From Octopus sinensis (Eukaryota): a DNA stretch of 64,000 nt. Shown one piece after another: positions 39,754 through 53,295 of the stretch (position 1 is the first letter of the stretch; each line of letters starts with the position of its first letter). Position numbers and translations under genes: made by a program. Location: the NCBI RefSeq assembly GCF_006345805.1, contig NC_042999.1, positions 27,838,001 to 27,902,000 on the forward strand, written 5' to 3'. The notes beneath the pieces are model-generated. The model saw only the letters and a program-made list of their open reading frames with translations. It did not search any database and was not told the DNA's origin.

Positions 39754-39853
39754 NNNNNNNNNNNNNNNNNNNNNNNNNNNNNNNNNNNNNNNNNNNNNNN
39801 NNNNNNNNNNNNNNNNNNNNNNNNNNNNNNNNNNNNNNNNNNNNNNNNNNNNN
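39754..39853. other. Assembly gap (100 N)
   Basis: Direct. Confidence 1.
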
Positions 39854-39859
39854 AAATAC

Positions 39860-40208
39860 GTGACTGTGTAGTAAAAAGTTTGCTTCACAATCACATTGTT
39901 CCGAGTTCAGTCCCACCGCATGGCAACTTGGACATGTGTCTCCCAGCCTAGCCCCAGGGCGACCAAAGCCTTGTGATTGGATTTGGTAGACGGAAGCAGA
40001 AAGAATCCCGTCGTGCTGTGTGTGTTGTGTGTCCCACACCGCGTGACACTTGATGTTAGTGTGTTTACGTCCCCATAGCCTAGCGGTTCGACAAAAGAGC
40101 CCGAGAGCATAAATACGAAGTAAAAAAAAGAATACTGAAATCAATTCGAATAACTTTCTTCAAAGCTGAGTCCCAGTATGGCCGCAGTCTAATGACTGAT
40201 ACAAGTAA
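39860..40208 (+). mobile_element. SINE family B, diverged
   Basis: Similarity. Confidence 0.75.
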
Positions 40209-40810
40209 ATGTTATATATATATATATAGTACCATTTCATATTTAGTGAAACAGAAATTTGTCCCCACCTTTAAAAAATTAGAAGCAATGGTGTTGTGTC
40301 TTTATCATTTGGTCCTGATGAGTTGAAGGTTTTGTACGAAGTTTCAGCTATAACAGGAAATATGAAGTTTAGTGACGTTTATGCTTCTCTCAACGGTATT
40401 AACGATGTAGGTAGAGGGGAGAAATTGTTTAAATAAGGTCGGTAATTGAAACCAGATGATGGTGGACTCGACGCTTCGTTGTTGAATACTTAAGTAACTT
40501 CCAATGTATTTAAGTATCTTGTATAGTAGAATCGACTGCCAGATATTAAGAAACAGTCTCCAGTAATCGTGTGTACGCTTGCATATACACACATTCAACG
40601 CAACTCAACGTAAGCGTATATAATTATGTATGTATAGATATGCGTGTCGAATTCTGTGTGTGTATATACGTGTTTGAGTGTGCATACATGCGTTCATAGA
40701 ATACACGTACATATACATATGCATTTCGGTTTCCGCGAAGGTGCGTATCAATATGAGTGTGTATGTATGTGTGTAGTATGTGCGTGTGTATGTGTGTGTG
40801 TGTGTGTGTG

Positions 40811-40848
<38 letters not shown>

Positions 40849-40959
40849 TATATGAGGGATGAAGAGCATTCCGATGTCATTATGTATTTCGTTGCTAAGC
40901 CACGTATGAAGGTCCGACTTTTACCCGACTTGTATTTTAGTGAGAAGTCATTATAGGTA

Positions 40960-41300
40960 TAAGCATGGCTGTGTAGCAAGAAGCTTTCTTTCCAACCAAA
41001 AGATTCCGGGTTCAGTTTCACTGCGTGGTACCTTGGGTAAGTGTCTTCTAATTTTGCCTCGGGCCCATGAAAAGCTTGCGTGGGGATTTGGTAGACGGAA
41101 TCTGAAAGAAAAGTGTCGTACACACACACACACAAACACATGTGTGTGTGTGAGTGTATGTATATATGTGTCCCACTACTGCTTGGCAATCGGTGTTGGT
41201 GTGTTTACGCCCCCATAACTTAGCGGTTCAGCAACAGGATTCAGTAGAACAAGTTTCCAGGCTTTACTGAAAATTCTTCAAGGCTGTGCCCTAGCATGGT
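40960..41300 (+). mobile_element. SINE family B, diverged and truncated
   Basis: Similarity. Confidence 0.75.
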
Positions 41301-41310
41301 CACAACATCA

Positions 41311-41868
41311 TTATTACTGTTACACTGCCTTCTGCGCATGCGTGCTTATAGTTGGTACTATTGTAGTCACGTGATCGAGTTTGTGCCTGATCGCACCATT
41401 TTTCATTCTGGCTTTACAATGTAAGCATGGCCGCTCCACTAGCAATGAGCACCAAAGAAGAACAAAGCGCAGTGATATCCGATTTCTCTGGTCGGAAGGT
41501 GTGTCAGGTGCTGAAATTCATTGGAGGCTTTTCGCACAATACGGAGACAGTGCACTATCGCGAAGAAGTTTGTATAAGTGGATCGAGAAGTTTAAAAGTG
41601 GCCGGACAAGCGTGACGCACGAAGAAAAAGGGAGCAGGACACCTGTTGACCTCCAACACTGGCGTGAAGATTCAGCAAGCTCGAAAGAGGATAATGGTGA
41701 ACCGGTTCACCATTTCCATCTCTCAGATTACTGCTCTTTGTTCTGTGGTGCACATTGCAAGTGAAGCGGCCATACTTATACTGTAGAACAGGCTCAAATT
41801 TAGATCGCGTGACCACAACAGTACCAACTATAAGCACGCATGCGCAGAAGGCAATGTGACAATAATAA
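41311..41868. mobile_element. Fold-back mariner derivative built from two inward-pointing 5' halves
   Basis: Plus strand encodes a frameshifted mariner N-terminus (MAAPLAMSTKEEQ / IRFLWSEGVSGAEIHWRLFAQYGDSALSRRSLYKWIEKFKSGRTSV). The right end is its reverse complement; 20-bp perfect palindrome at 41694-41713. Confidence 0.8.
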
Positions 41869-42171
41869 ATATATTACTATGACGAAAATGCGGATAATTT
41901 TTTTATTGCCCCTCGTATATATATATAATATATATATATAATATATATATATATATATAGTCAATAATAACAAGGGTAAACTTAATTAATTAACTAGTTA
42001 TTAATAATTTTACTAAGTAGTGTTCTGTATTTTTCCCTCTATGCCTACGTGTAATGTTTTTGAGTATACATTGTCAGGGAGACTCTTCTTATGTAGAGGA
42101 AATAGCTAAATTCTTTGGCTGCTATTTCTAAAAGTTCGGTATGTGGTAAAGCAAATTTTATTTGCTGAACC

Positions 42172-42351
<180 letters not shown>

Positions 42352-42834
42352 GTATATATATGCATGTATATACATACATACATACACACACACACACCTT
42401 ATGGATATACATATATATTTATGTTGTATCATTGATCGTCTGTTTAACTTGCTGGTTAAAGAGTCGATCGTCTTTTCTTTTTTGTTTTACTTTCTGTTCG
42501 TCAGTGTTCCTTCGTCGTCATTCGCAACATTTTCAGTGAATACTGCTGAAAATGTTGCGAATGGTAGCGAGAAAAAAACAAACAAACTAAAAAGAACGAC
42601 TGATTGTTTAATGAACAGATTAAACAAAAGATTGATTAGTTAGATAGATAGATATTTAACTAATTGACTAATAATAAAGGATTGAGGGTTGAACCGGTAT
42701 ATATGTTGCTAATATTGGTATAAGGAATCCCCCCAAAACACAATGAAATTTGTTTCAACATAGGAATTCGCATAAAGAACTTTACTAGCCAAATATAAAA
42801 ATGAAGTAACATATATAGCTAAATATATATAAAC

Positions 42835-42884
<50 letters not shown>

Positions 42885-43371
42885 GGATTAAATGAATACA
42901 GGCATGTGTTTATAAATGGATTTATGTAAACACACTGGGGTGTGCGTATCAAACATTTGTCTAGCTTATGTTTTAGTTCCAAAATAGAAAAGTGCTATTT
43001 AAGCTATTTGCCATTTTTCGGAATAAATTATATACTAGCCGTCTGTAGATTGTGAAGTCTGTTCTTTATTAATTTGACCTTGAAGTGTTGTTCTATAGTA
43101 ACTTGCCATATTCATAAAACCTTCTACGGCTACCGAAATACCACAAATTCAGTAGTTGCTATTGCTATTGTTCAAGTTCGTTTTAGCGCTGATATTCTTT
43201 TCCCAGAGCAAGACCTATATAAAAGTTTCACTTGGTGCATTACTCCGGCTCCGAAAGCAAAGGTGGGAGGTTGGCCGGTGTGTTTATATGCTAGGATATC
43301 TTCCTCTGTAACCTCACATTTCTGTTGAATTTGTGATGAATGGATTCGGAAAGTAGTCCCGTATCGCCTAA

Positions 43372-43421
43372 TCAAATTTCTCTCCGAGGCTCTGTTGCGT
43401 TATCTTTTTTTCTTCGTTTCT
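43372..43421 (-). CDS. Putative paralogous or alternative terminal exon ((E)KRRKKDNATEPRREI*)
   Basis: Acceptor TTTCTTTAAG then AGAAAC, as in the 58849 exon; shares a downstream ~70-nt block with it; AATAAA at 43065-43070 on the minus strand. Confidence 0.3.
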
Positions 43422-44320
43422 CTTAAAGAAATTTATCTAATAAACTATTAAGAAACATTATCTAACAAAACATATCATAAATATATCTACACAGAAAAAA
43501 ATATTTGCAGCGTGGAAGGTGTTTGTAAGCCATTGCTTACAAACACCTTCCGCGTGCAATGTTTTCGTTCCAGCACACGATCTCAGATCAAATCACTTGC
43601 TATGCAAGTACATCTCCGAAAAAAAATATTCATTCATCTTTAATCAACCTTTAACCTTAAACAATTTCCTTCAGCCTATATATGAAACTTATCCCCCAAT
43701 ATTTAAACTAAAACAAAATTACTAACCATAATTAATTTTAACTAACACTAAAATGTAACAATAAATAAACTAGCTACCATATAAATCAAATAGCATTTCA
43801 CTACCATTTACCCTTAAAATAATAACTATGCCACGTTAACTATATATATATATATATATATTTGTTGTGCAAGATTTTTTATGTGAAGTCGTGTGTTGAA
43901 ACATATATTGTTGTATTTCGGAATGGTCATTTTGCCACTTTAGCCAATAAACAAAAACAAAAACAAATTACACGAATGTATATAAACAGAAGATACAAAT
44001 ATTACAGGCATCCCCCCCCCACACACTAACTAAACATAGACACACATAGCGATATACGCATGCGCAAATGAAGACACATACAATAGAAATACAAAATGGC
44101 TGACGGTTAGTAAGGAGAGATACAAATAAGAAAGAAGAAAGCAAAGGACCACTGATGCAGTCACAGGAGTGTGACGAAAGAACTCTGGCCGAAATAAGAT
44201 TAAGATTAATGTAAAAAATAAATAACACTGAAGTAAAGTAACACCAAATATATAGTGCGTGTGTTTTATTGGCTAAACTGGCAAAATGACCATTCCGAAA
44301 TATATATATATATAAACAAC

Positions 44321-44381
<61 letters not shown>

Positions 44382-47236
44382 TATATGAATATATATATAT
44401 GAAAGCAACATATAGAAGCATTATTACTGTTAAAAACAGTAATAATGAGATGGCTAGCAAGACTTCTACTAAACAGGTATAATATGAAATATTTGAATAA
44501 AAAGAAGGGTAAAAATACCTCTTGCCAAAGATGAAAGTGGAAGCTTGAAAAACCACCAATACTACGATAAATATTGGTGGTTTTTGAACCTTTCACTTTC
44601 GTTTTTGGCAAGCGGTATTTTTATCTTTCTTTCATTCAAATATATATATATATATATATACTAAAGTAAATAAGTCTTCATATTTCGAGAAACTAATATC
44701 CACTAAATAATATTATTAGACCATTATGCAAAAGGTACAAAATTTAAACTTTACTATACTTTGATTTAATAAATTTTCCCTCACAGTACAACAAAATTAT
44801 TTCTATACCTATTACTTTAAAATACACATTTTTTCCTAATTATTTCAACTCGAATATCAACTAACCTTAAGAAACCAACACCAATATATTGTCCATTTAT
44901 ATATATATATCTTTCCATTTATAAGACAAATTCCTTTGATTTGAGTTAGATTTTACACTTTTCTAATTAAGAGATGAGGAATTATGTACATTATTTACAT
45001 TATTTACATTTGACGGATATTTGTCCTCATCTTGTTTGTTGTTAACAACAAACAAGATGACGACAAATATTCGTCAAATGTAAATAATGTAAATAATGAG
45101 TTAGATTTGGTTAGTATTTCTAATCCTTCGTTAGGTCATGATATTTTTGCTGATTATTCACAGGTAATATCTTAGCTTAAAAACCATTTTAACATCCTTC
45201 TTTATACCAACCACGCCATAGTCTAACGCTGATCTATGTTTTAAGATGTGAAGGAGTGATTTGAAAGACACTTAGTTACTATTTATAACTGACAGAACAG
45301 TTATAATCCCTCATTTTGTTGTTTAGCCACGGATAATTTCTAATTGGTCAGATCTCTGATTACAGATGTTCTAACCCAATAAATATGTCTTAATATCAGT
45401 GACCACATTATCTGACTTACACTTCTGTGTTGCTAAGATGGCTAAACGGAATTTGAGAGAGATTTGATTGCTATTTCTAGCAGAAACGGCAACCACATAG
45501 AGGATCTATGTGTCTTGTAGTAAGCCTGATCTTTTATAACTCTGTCTGAGGACGATAGGCATTACCGCTTCAGGTTTTTGCGGAGCTCGACGTTTTCAGT
45601 AGCTGTAGGTAACAGTACTTGCGATTATTTAGTGTTTCTTCTGACCTGAATTTTGTGTCGACAGAATGTTCAAACTGTTCAGCTGTTCAAACCCCTTTCA
45701 AGGCACAAAAGTCATTTAAGATCTAACACGAGGAAAGAGCAATTATAGGTAAAAGAAGAGGTGCAAGAACGATTATAGGCGCAAAAAGATCTGCAAGGAG
45801 CAGACAGTTACCTTAATTTGAAATATTATGTTAAGTATACCGTTTTAAAATTGTGGTTACGAAAAACGGGATTGTTTTGATCGGCCTCATTTCTGTTCGC
45901 AATCGCTTCAGAGAACCACTTCTCTCTTCCTCTGTCCAGAAGGAGTCTACATGATGGTGCAAATCTATTTATAATGGATGCAAATCAATGCTCATCTAAA
46001 CTGCTCTGTCTAATTTGCTTTACAGCGTATTCGTTCACAAATTAATTAACACTGTAAAAGGAGCGTTTATAATACAATTTCAAATGTAAGGTATGCTACG
46101 AATGCAGTGTCATGCAATTAGACTTACCAATTTAGATGAATTAAAGTTTGAATTTCTTGAAACTAACTAGAAGCTATTCCGTTCACTATGGGTTGTTTCT
46201 TATCTGATGAGATTCCAAAGAAAATTGAAACTATACCATTTCTGGAAGTAATGATAAAAACATTTGCTTCCAAACATTTGCATTTCGCAGGGAGGCTGAA
46301 AATTTTATTGCATCATTAAAGTGTATTTTTTACATTACATTAATTAATGTTTATACGCGTGCCTACCAGTGCGTGTGTATCTTTAAGAAGCTAGCTTTAC
46401 GATCAAGTCTTTTTGAATTCAGTCTTCTATTGTAGCCCTGGGCATACCGATGCCTTATCAGTGAACATGATAGGCGGAAACTATGTGTGTGCAAACGCGC
46501 ACGTATTGTTGTATATTTGCTTCAGTTCCTTTGATTGTCCTCCCACCACTTCGCTGGACAATTGGTTTACGACTCCACAACTTAACAGTTCAGCAAAAAG
46601 ACCGGATAGACTAAGTACCAGACTTTAAAAATAAGTATTGTAGTCGATCTGTTCAAATAAAAGAACTGAAGCAAAAGAAAATAATAAACACCCATAGACA
46701 CATGTTTATCTTCACAAGTATGTATGTATATGCTCGCACACATTCACACACACTCACACATACACGCACACACACACACACATACACACGCACCTCAAAG
46801 GTGGCCATAGGTTCCTAAATGCCAAAATACAATTTGTCAATTTGAAAGCTCACCACGATGTTATGATTTTGCAAGAGGAGAATAACGTAAACGAGCTGTC
46901 AGTTTTCAACGAACAATTCATAATTTTAATGTTTTTGCCGAGTAAAACCGCTGCTCAATTTATGTTAATGCCATGTCATCTTCAAATTAGTCCATTTTGC
47001 AAAATCTTGTTTGAATAGTTGCTTGCTTGACAAATTTAGCATTTCATTTTATCACTGTCAATGTCACATTCGACATAAATCAAAACACGCGCGTGCAGAC
47101 AACGAGGGTACCTCTCTGCGGTCACTCGACAAGCTACAGAGTTTTCAGCTGATCCACCCATAGATCTGTCGGTGCAGAAGGGATTTGTGATGAAGGATCC
47201 CAAAACTCAGTCTTTACGTTCGTTTTCATTGCTCTT

Positions 47237-47491
47237 TACTCTTTTTACTCTTTTACTTGTTTCAGTCATTTTGACTGCGGCCATGCTGGAGCACCGCCTT
47301 TAGTCGAGCAAATCGACTCCGGGACTTATTCTTTGTAAGCCTAATGCTTATTCTATCGGTCCCTTTTGCTGAACCGCTAAGTTACGGGGACGTAAACACA
47401 CCAGCATCGGTTGTCAAGCAATGCTGCGGGGAGACAAACACAGACACACAAAACACATAACACACAATATTACATATATACATATATATAT

Positions 47492-47522
<31 letters not shown>

Positions 47523-47534
47523 ATATATATATAT

Positions 47535-47580
<46 letters not shown>

Positions 47581-47586
47581 GACAGG
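47237..47586 (-). mobile_element. SINE family B, 3' half
   Basis: Match. Confidence 0.85.
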
Positions 47587-47978
47587 CTTTACTAATGTTC
47601 ATGCTTACAACTATGCTTTTGTCAGTTTTTTCGTAGGCAAGAGCCCACAGATGAGCGACAAAAGAAGAGTAAGCCCTTCAACAGCATAAACATAAGAAAA
47701 GAAAAGAAATTACATCAATTGCGCTGCCACCTACTTCAATGTGAGCAGCACTTGATTACCGTTCTGGCACTCTCCAGATGTTAAGTTTCAGTATCACTGG
47801 GAAATATTCCTGTTGAATGTACAGCTTTAAATATAGTTAAGACCGCATGCCAAAACTAAGCCGTACTCATCAGAATAAGAAAATATTTCAACACTACAAG
47901 AAATACTGATACGCTATGTATATTCATATACTTATATAACTTAATATATGTAATCATGTGTCTATGTGCACGTGTGTC

Positions 47979-48016
<38 letters not shown>

Positions 48017-48054
48017 TTATATATATATTATACTTTATATATATATATATATAT

Positions 48055-48103
<49 letters not shown>

Positions 48104-48183
48104 CAACACATATATATATATACACACCAACACACACATATATATATATATATAGAGAGAAGAGAGAGAGAGGGGAGAGATAG

Positions 48184-48214
<31 letters not shown>

Positions 48215-48345
48215 GATAGATAGATAGAATGATAGTTAGATATATGCACACATATACATACATATACACACATATATATGTATGCATGTATATATCTATG
48301 CATATCTATCTATCTATCTATTCCCCCCTCTCTCTCTCTAATATT

Positions 48346-48406
<61 letters not shown>

Positions 48407-48857
48407 GAAATATTTAAAATTACTAAGTCTCTATAAATATATATATATATACACATTTACATACACAACTGAAGTAGTAGTTACCAATATGAATAAATTT
48501 GCATATGAATGCAAGTAAAAAAAAAAAAAGAAAAATTGTTTCTGTTGGGTCCTTTTTAATGCTAATATGATATCATTTTTCCATGGCATTTTGTACAGAT
48601 GTTTATTGCATGCGTGGAACATTGTACCGAAATTACGTGGTTCAATTGTTCTCGTAAGATACTATGTAAACATATTAATCTTGCTTTAAAAACAAATAAA
48701 CACATTCTGTTCTCTATTAGAAGCTTATTATCTTGTGTCGCTAGCCACAGTCTGAACAGAATTAAAATCCTTTACGCGTTTCTGATACACATATACAAAT
48801 ATATTACTATTATTGTTGCTGTTGTCATTATTATTATTATTACTACTACTACTATTA

Positions 48858-48915
<58 letters not shown>

Positions 48916-49103
48916 GTTATTAATTTTCTGACAGTGACTTCGCAGTGTCACTGGTAACTGACGTCGTCAGGCTGCTGGTGGTCGCAAGTCTGGTGTCGCC
49001 AATTGTCAGCGAGACTTCGAAGTCACTGTTAAAATTATTAACATTTGACATCAGAGTTATATTCTATATTAATAAGAATTTCTTTCATCTATGTATCTAT
49101 CTT

Positions 49104-49155
<52 letters not shown>

Positions 49156-49274
49156 CACCCATATATTTGTACACACGCTACATACATACATACACACATA
49201 CATACATACATACATATAATAGAGTAGTGCGGTCAGAAAAAATGTTGGTACATCAAGCATGTACACGGCTTACA

Positions 49275-49520
49275 CTTTTACTCTTTTACTTGTTTCAGTC
49301 ATTTGAATGTGGCCATGCTGGAGCACCGCCTTTAGTCGAGCAAGTCGACCCCAGGACTTATTCTTTGTAAGCCTAGTACTTATTCTATCGGTCTCTTTTT
49401 GCCGAACCTCTAAGTTACGTGGATATAAACACACCAGCATCGGTTGTTAAGCGATATTGGAGGGACAAACACAGACACACAAATACACACACACACACAC
49501 ACACACACCACACACACACT

Positions 49521-49566
<46 letters not shown>

Positions 49567-49736
49567 CATATACGACGGGCTTCTTTCAGTTTCTGTCTAC
49601 CAAATCCACTCACAAGGCTTTAGTCGGCCCGAGACTATAGTAGGAGACACTTGCCGAAGGTGCCACGCAGTGGGACGGAACCCAGAACCATGTGGTTGGT
49701 AAGCAAGCTACTTACCACACAGCCACTCCTGCACCT
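49275..49736 (-). mobile_element. SINE family B
   Basis: Full match. Confidence 0.9.
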
Positions 49737-50754
49737 ATGTATACATTACATAAAGCGGATGAAACTTCGATCAGCAAAGTTTATTAACCAACGTATGTTA
49801 TACATCTTCGTCCCATTCCGAAAGTGATGGAAATTTACTGAAGATGATTGCAACTATTCAACTCACGGTTTAGTATCGAAGATTGCCAATTATGCTACCA
49901 TAAATGGATAAAGGCAGCGAACGAAAGTAGATCCGTAATTCCTACCATGTATACAATACACTTCCCCATTACGTACACCTATTAGTTTATAAACCCCCCC
50001 CCCCCACACACACACACAACACACAAACAAAGACAGGTGAAATAGACGGACAAACAGACATATATTTATACATGTAGCCATACGTGCTGTTCTTGAACAT
50101 TTTTCATTCTTTCCGGATCTTTCCCATCTCCTCTTTCTGACGAAGAGTCCTGATCAAAACGTTTTACTCCTATTCTCTTCTTCCATCCTATACTCAGCTT
50201 CAGTTTATTTCATTCCACGTGTACGATCTTTTGACTTTTGGTGTTTTGTTATTTTTTATTTTCGATCTGCCTGGCAAACAATTTGGCAAGACTTGACGAG
50301 GGCATTTAATTTAATTTAGCTATATTATGAAAAGTCTCTGACAGCTATTTCTGGGACATCCCAACTATTGAACACTGTGTTGAGCGAAGGCTCCATATGC
50401 TGAGTATACCGTCATCGTAGAGAGATATATATAGATAGAGATAGGTAAAATATATGGAAAGATGCAAATGATTCCGGTTAGATCCATTGAGATTGGGTGT
50501 TTCTTAGGTAACTCCATGGGCAGAGGGAATAGATAGATAATAATCCATAGCGAAGGAAAATGGATGTTAGTACTTCCAATGCTGGACAAAATACTCTATT
50601 GCATTTTGTCTGATCATGAATTTCCCTAAGGAATACTCGATAACACTGGATATAACCCGGACTCATTTAGATCTCTCCAACTTCTCTGGACATAAGGAAC
50701 CATAACAACTATCATTGATGAGGAACTTTTATTCCAGTGTTACATATATTTGAC

Positions 50755-50878
<124 letters not shown>

Positions 50879-50880
50879 GT

Positions 50881-52114
50881 CGCGCTGAGACTGCGACATC
50901 TCTGGCTCTATGTAGACGACGGTGAACAGGTGTGGTCGCCGTTTGTGAGGCACGCTTTCCCGCAGCTCGTCTCCATGACCGAACTGCAGTCGTGGATCAA
51001 AAAGAGGCCGAGGAAGGGCGAATGGCACCGCGAGTGTCGCGTTGCTCTCAAGCAACTCTGCCGTCCTGGGTCGACCTTAAGTGACTTCAACACAACCAAA
51101 GCATTCTATAGGGGTTTAGTGGAGGGGAGATACGACGACGAGCTCGGGGCGAACCTGGACGTCGACGAGGAGTACCTGACCCCCTGTTCGGGACGACTTT
51201 CGGGCCAGGGCCCATGGACAACTTCCAGAGATCCCTGGCCTGGCAGTGCTACCGAGAAGCGCTACCCGTTCGGGATAAGCTCTACAGACACGGCTCGAGA
51301 AACACGGGGCCGACCTGCCCGAGATGCGGTCAGAGCGACGAAACCGTTCTGCACGCACTCGTTCAGTGTCCAACAATTTCCGACCTGTGGGCTTATGTCG
51401 AACAACTGCTGTCACGTGTGGGACGAGTCGGTTTATCAGCTGAGTCTATCGTCAATATTGTCACGCCCTCCTCCTTCAAACGGGAAGGAAGAGCTATTTT
51501 CATCATCCTTGTGGCTATGGCGAAAGAATGTATCTGGTGGACGCGTCTGAAAGGATTGGAGACAAACACTTTCCTCTCTGTGGTCAATCTCTCATCAACT
51601 TCTTCAAGTACCACTTGAAAAGGAAAGTGAGAGTAGAGAGGCAAGTTTTGTCTAGCGAATGTTTTAAAAAAAGATGGGTGAATGTAGCAAGAATGGCACG
51701 TATGAATGACGAAGCCACCTTGAGCATAGTCTATGAACCCAGAAATCGAAAACAGAGAGTTGCTTATTTGCAAAAAAAAAAAAAAAAAAAAGAAATATAA
51801 AATGTGACTTCATTGACCGAGGTTACCGTGGTCTTTTCCGTAGGCTTTTCTTTCCACAGGTAAACCTCACCTGTCCTCCCCTTTACAATTCATATTGACA
51901 TTTCTGTGATAACGATCCCTATTGATCAATTTTTGTTTCCTCTCCCCCTTTTTTTTTAACCCCCCTTTTTTTTGTCCTCTTTCTCTCCTTTTACGATCCC
52001 TTTTGATCGAAACTCCCCCTTCCTTTTTTTTTTTTTTTAAACCTTCAAAAGAAAAGCTCTACCTTGTAATTTGTTCTATTTGTGTGCAGCCCTGTGTGGC
52101 TAATAAAGAAACAT
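50881..52114 (+). mobile_element. Tx1/L1-clade LINE copy A (5'-truncated, frameshifted) inserted in a (TATC)n array
   Basis: Nearly identical to the reverse complement of 54201-55453. Frameshifts relative to copy B near 51181 (1-nt loss) and 51580 (2-nt gain). Same 3' end, AATAAAGAAACAT plus (ATCT)n. Confidence 0.9.
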
Positions 52115-52164
52115 ATCTATCTATCTATCCATCTATCTGTCTGTCTGTCTGTCTGTCTGTCTGT

Positions 52165-52210
<46 letters not shown>

Positions 52211-52654
52211 CTCATTTCGATGAGGGGTTACTCAGAAAATGGAGTCTTCGCTCGGCACGATGTTCCTATATTTGGGATATCCCAGAAATAGTTGTCAGAG
52301 ACTATCTCTACCATTCAATATACAGCTAAATTAAATTAAATCTCCTTATCAAGATTTGCCAAATTACCTGCCTCTCCTTATTTACTTTAACTTATACCTA
52401 CTGTTTCAAGTGGAAATCATTTCTAGCCGCTTTTGGTAAGGCAGTCACAAACACACAACTTCAACTTCAAACACAGGAATTTTAGTTGCATACCTATTTG
52501 AGCAGTCAGAGCGCATACCTATTGGTTTGGATCACCTCGACGAAAACTTCTTGTATACATATATATCACCGTGATCACTGTGACCGACCAGGCAATCAGA
52601 TGTTGCTACAAATCGCTGGTCACAATACGCTTCGCATTGTTTTAGCCTTCAAAT

Positions 52655-52867
52655 GACGCCACCCTGCTGGCTAAGCGAGCAGGCCAACAGAAAAAAGAGT
52701 GAGAGAAAGTTGTGGCGAAAAGAGTACAGCAGGGATCGCCACCACCCCCTGCCGGAGCCTCGTGGAGCTTCAGGTGTTTTCGCTTAATAAACACTCACAA
52801 CGCCCGGTCTGGGAATCGAAACCGCGATCCTACGACCACGAGTCCGCTGTCCTAACCACTGGGCCAT
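52655..52867 (-). mobile_element. SINE family C relative
   Basis: Shared head and AAGTTGTGGCGAAA domain. Confidence 0.7.
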
Positions 52868-52879
52868 ATATATAACGGG

Positions 52880-53100
52880 AAGCTTTATGAAAATAAACAA
52901 AAGACGAAGGCAGGTGGAATACAAACAAACAATTGTATTAGTATGGCGCTCAGGAATGTAAATAAAACAAGTCTTTTACGTTTCGAGCCTACGCTCTTCA
53001 ACAGAAAGATACACAGAAAAGAAACACGGAGAGAAACAAGGAGAGAAAAAAATGCGTGCAGAAGCTAGCGAATCAACATGGCGATATGTAAGATCCAGGG
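52880..53100 (-). mobile_element. Penelope-like terminal fragment (family 2) with a hammerhead-like motif
   Basis: TCTTT-CTGTTGA-A-GAGC-GTAG-GCTC-GAAAC-GTA-AAAGA at 52971-53010 on the minus strand. Confidence 0.55.
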
Positions 53101-53295
53101 ATCGAGGTGTAGGATGAAAGTTATCTTTGAGCAATCCGTAGTGAATATAAAAAACAACTTTCAGAAATAATAGTGGTTTATTAAGACGGAAGGCTACGGA
53201 TATTTTTTCCTTTATCAAGGAACGATGAGCTGAAAAAAAAGTTCTTTTTATATTCCATGGTAGGCGACTAAGGTTGCCGGGTGTGCGAAAAAGAA

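Noticed and set aside
43245-43330. Coding reading KCEVTEEDILAYKHTGQPPTF, or a selenocysteine TGA in its paralog
   Set aside because: Differences between the two copies are non-synonymous in this frame and no SECIS-like element was seen.
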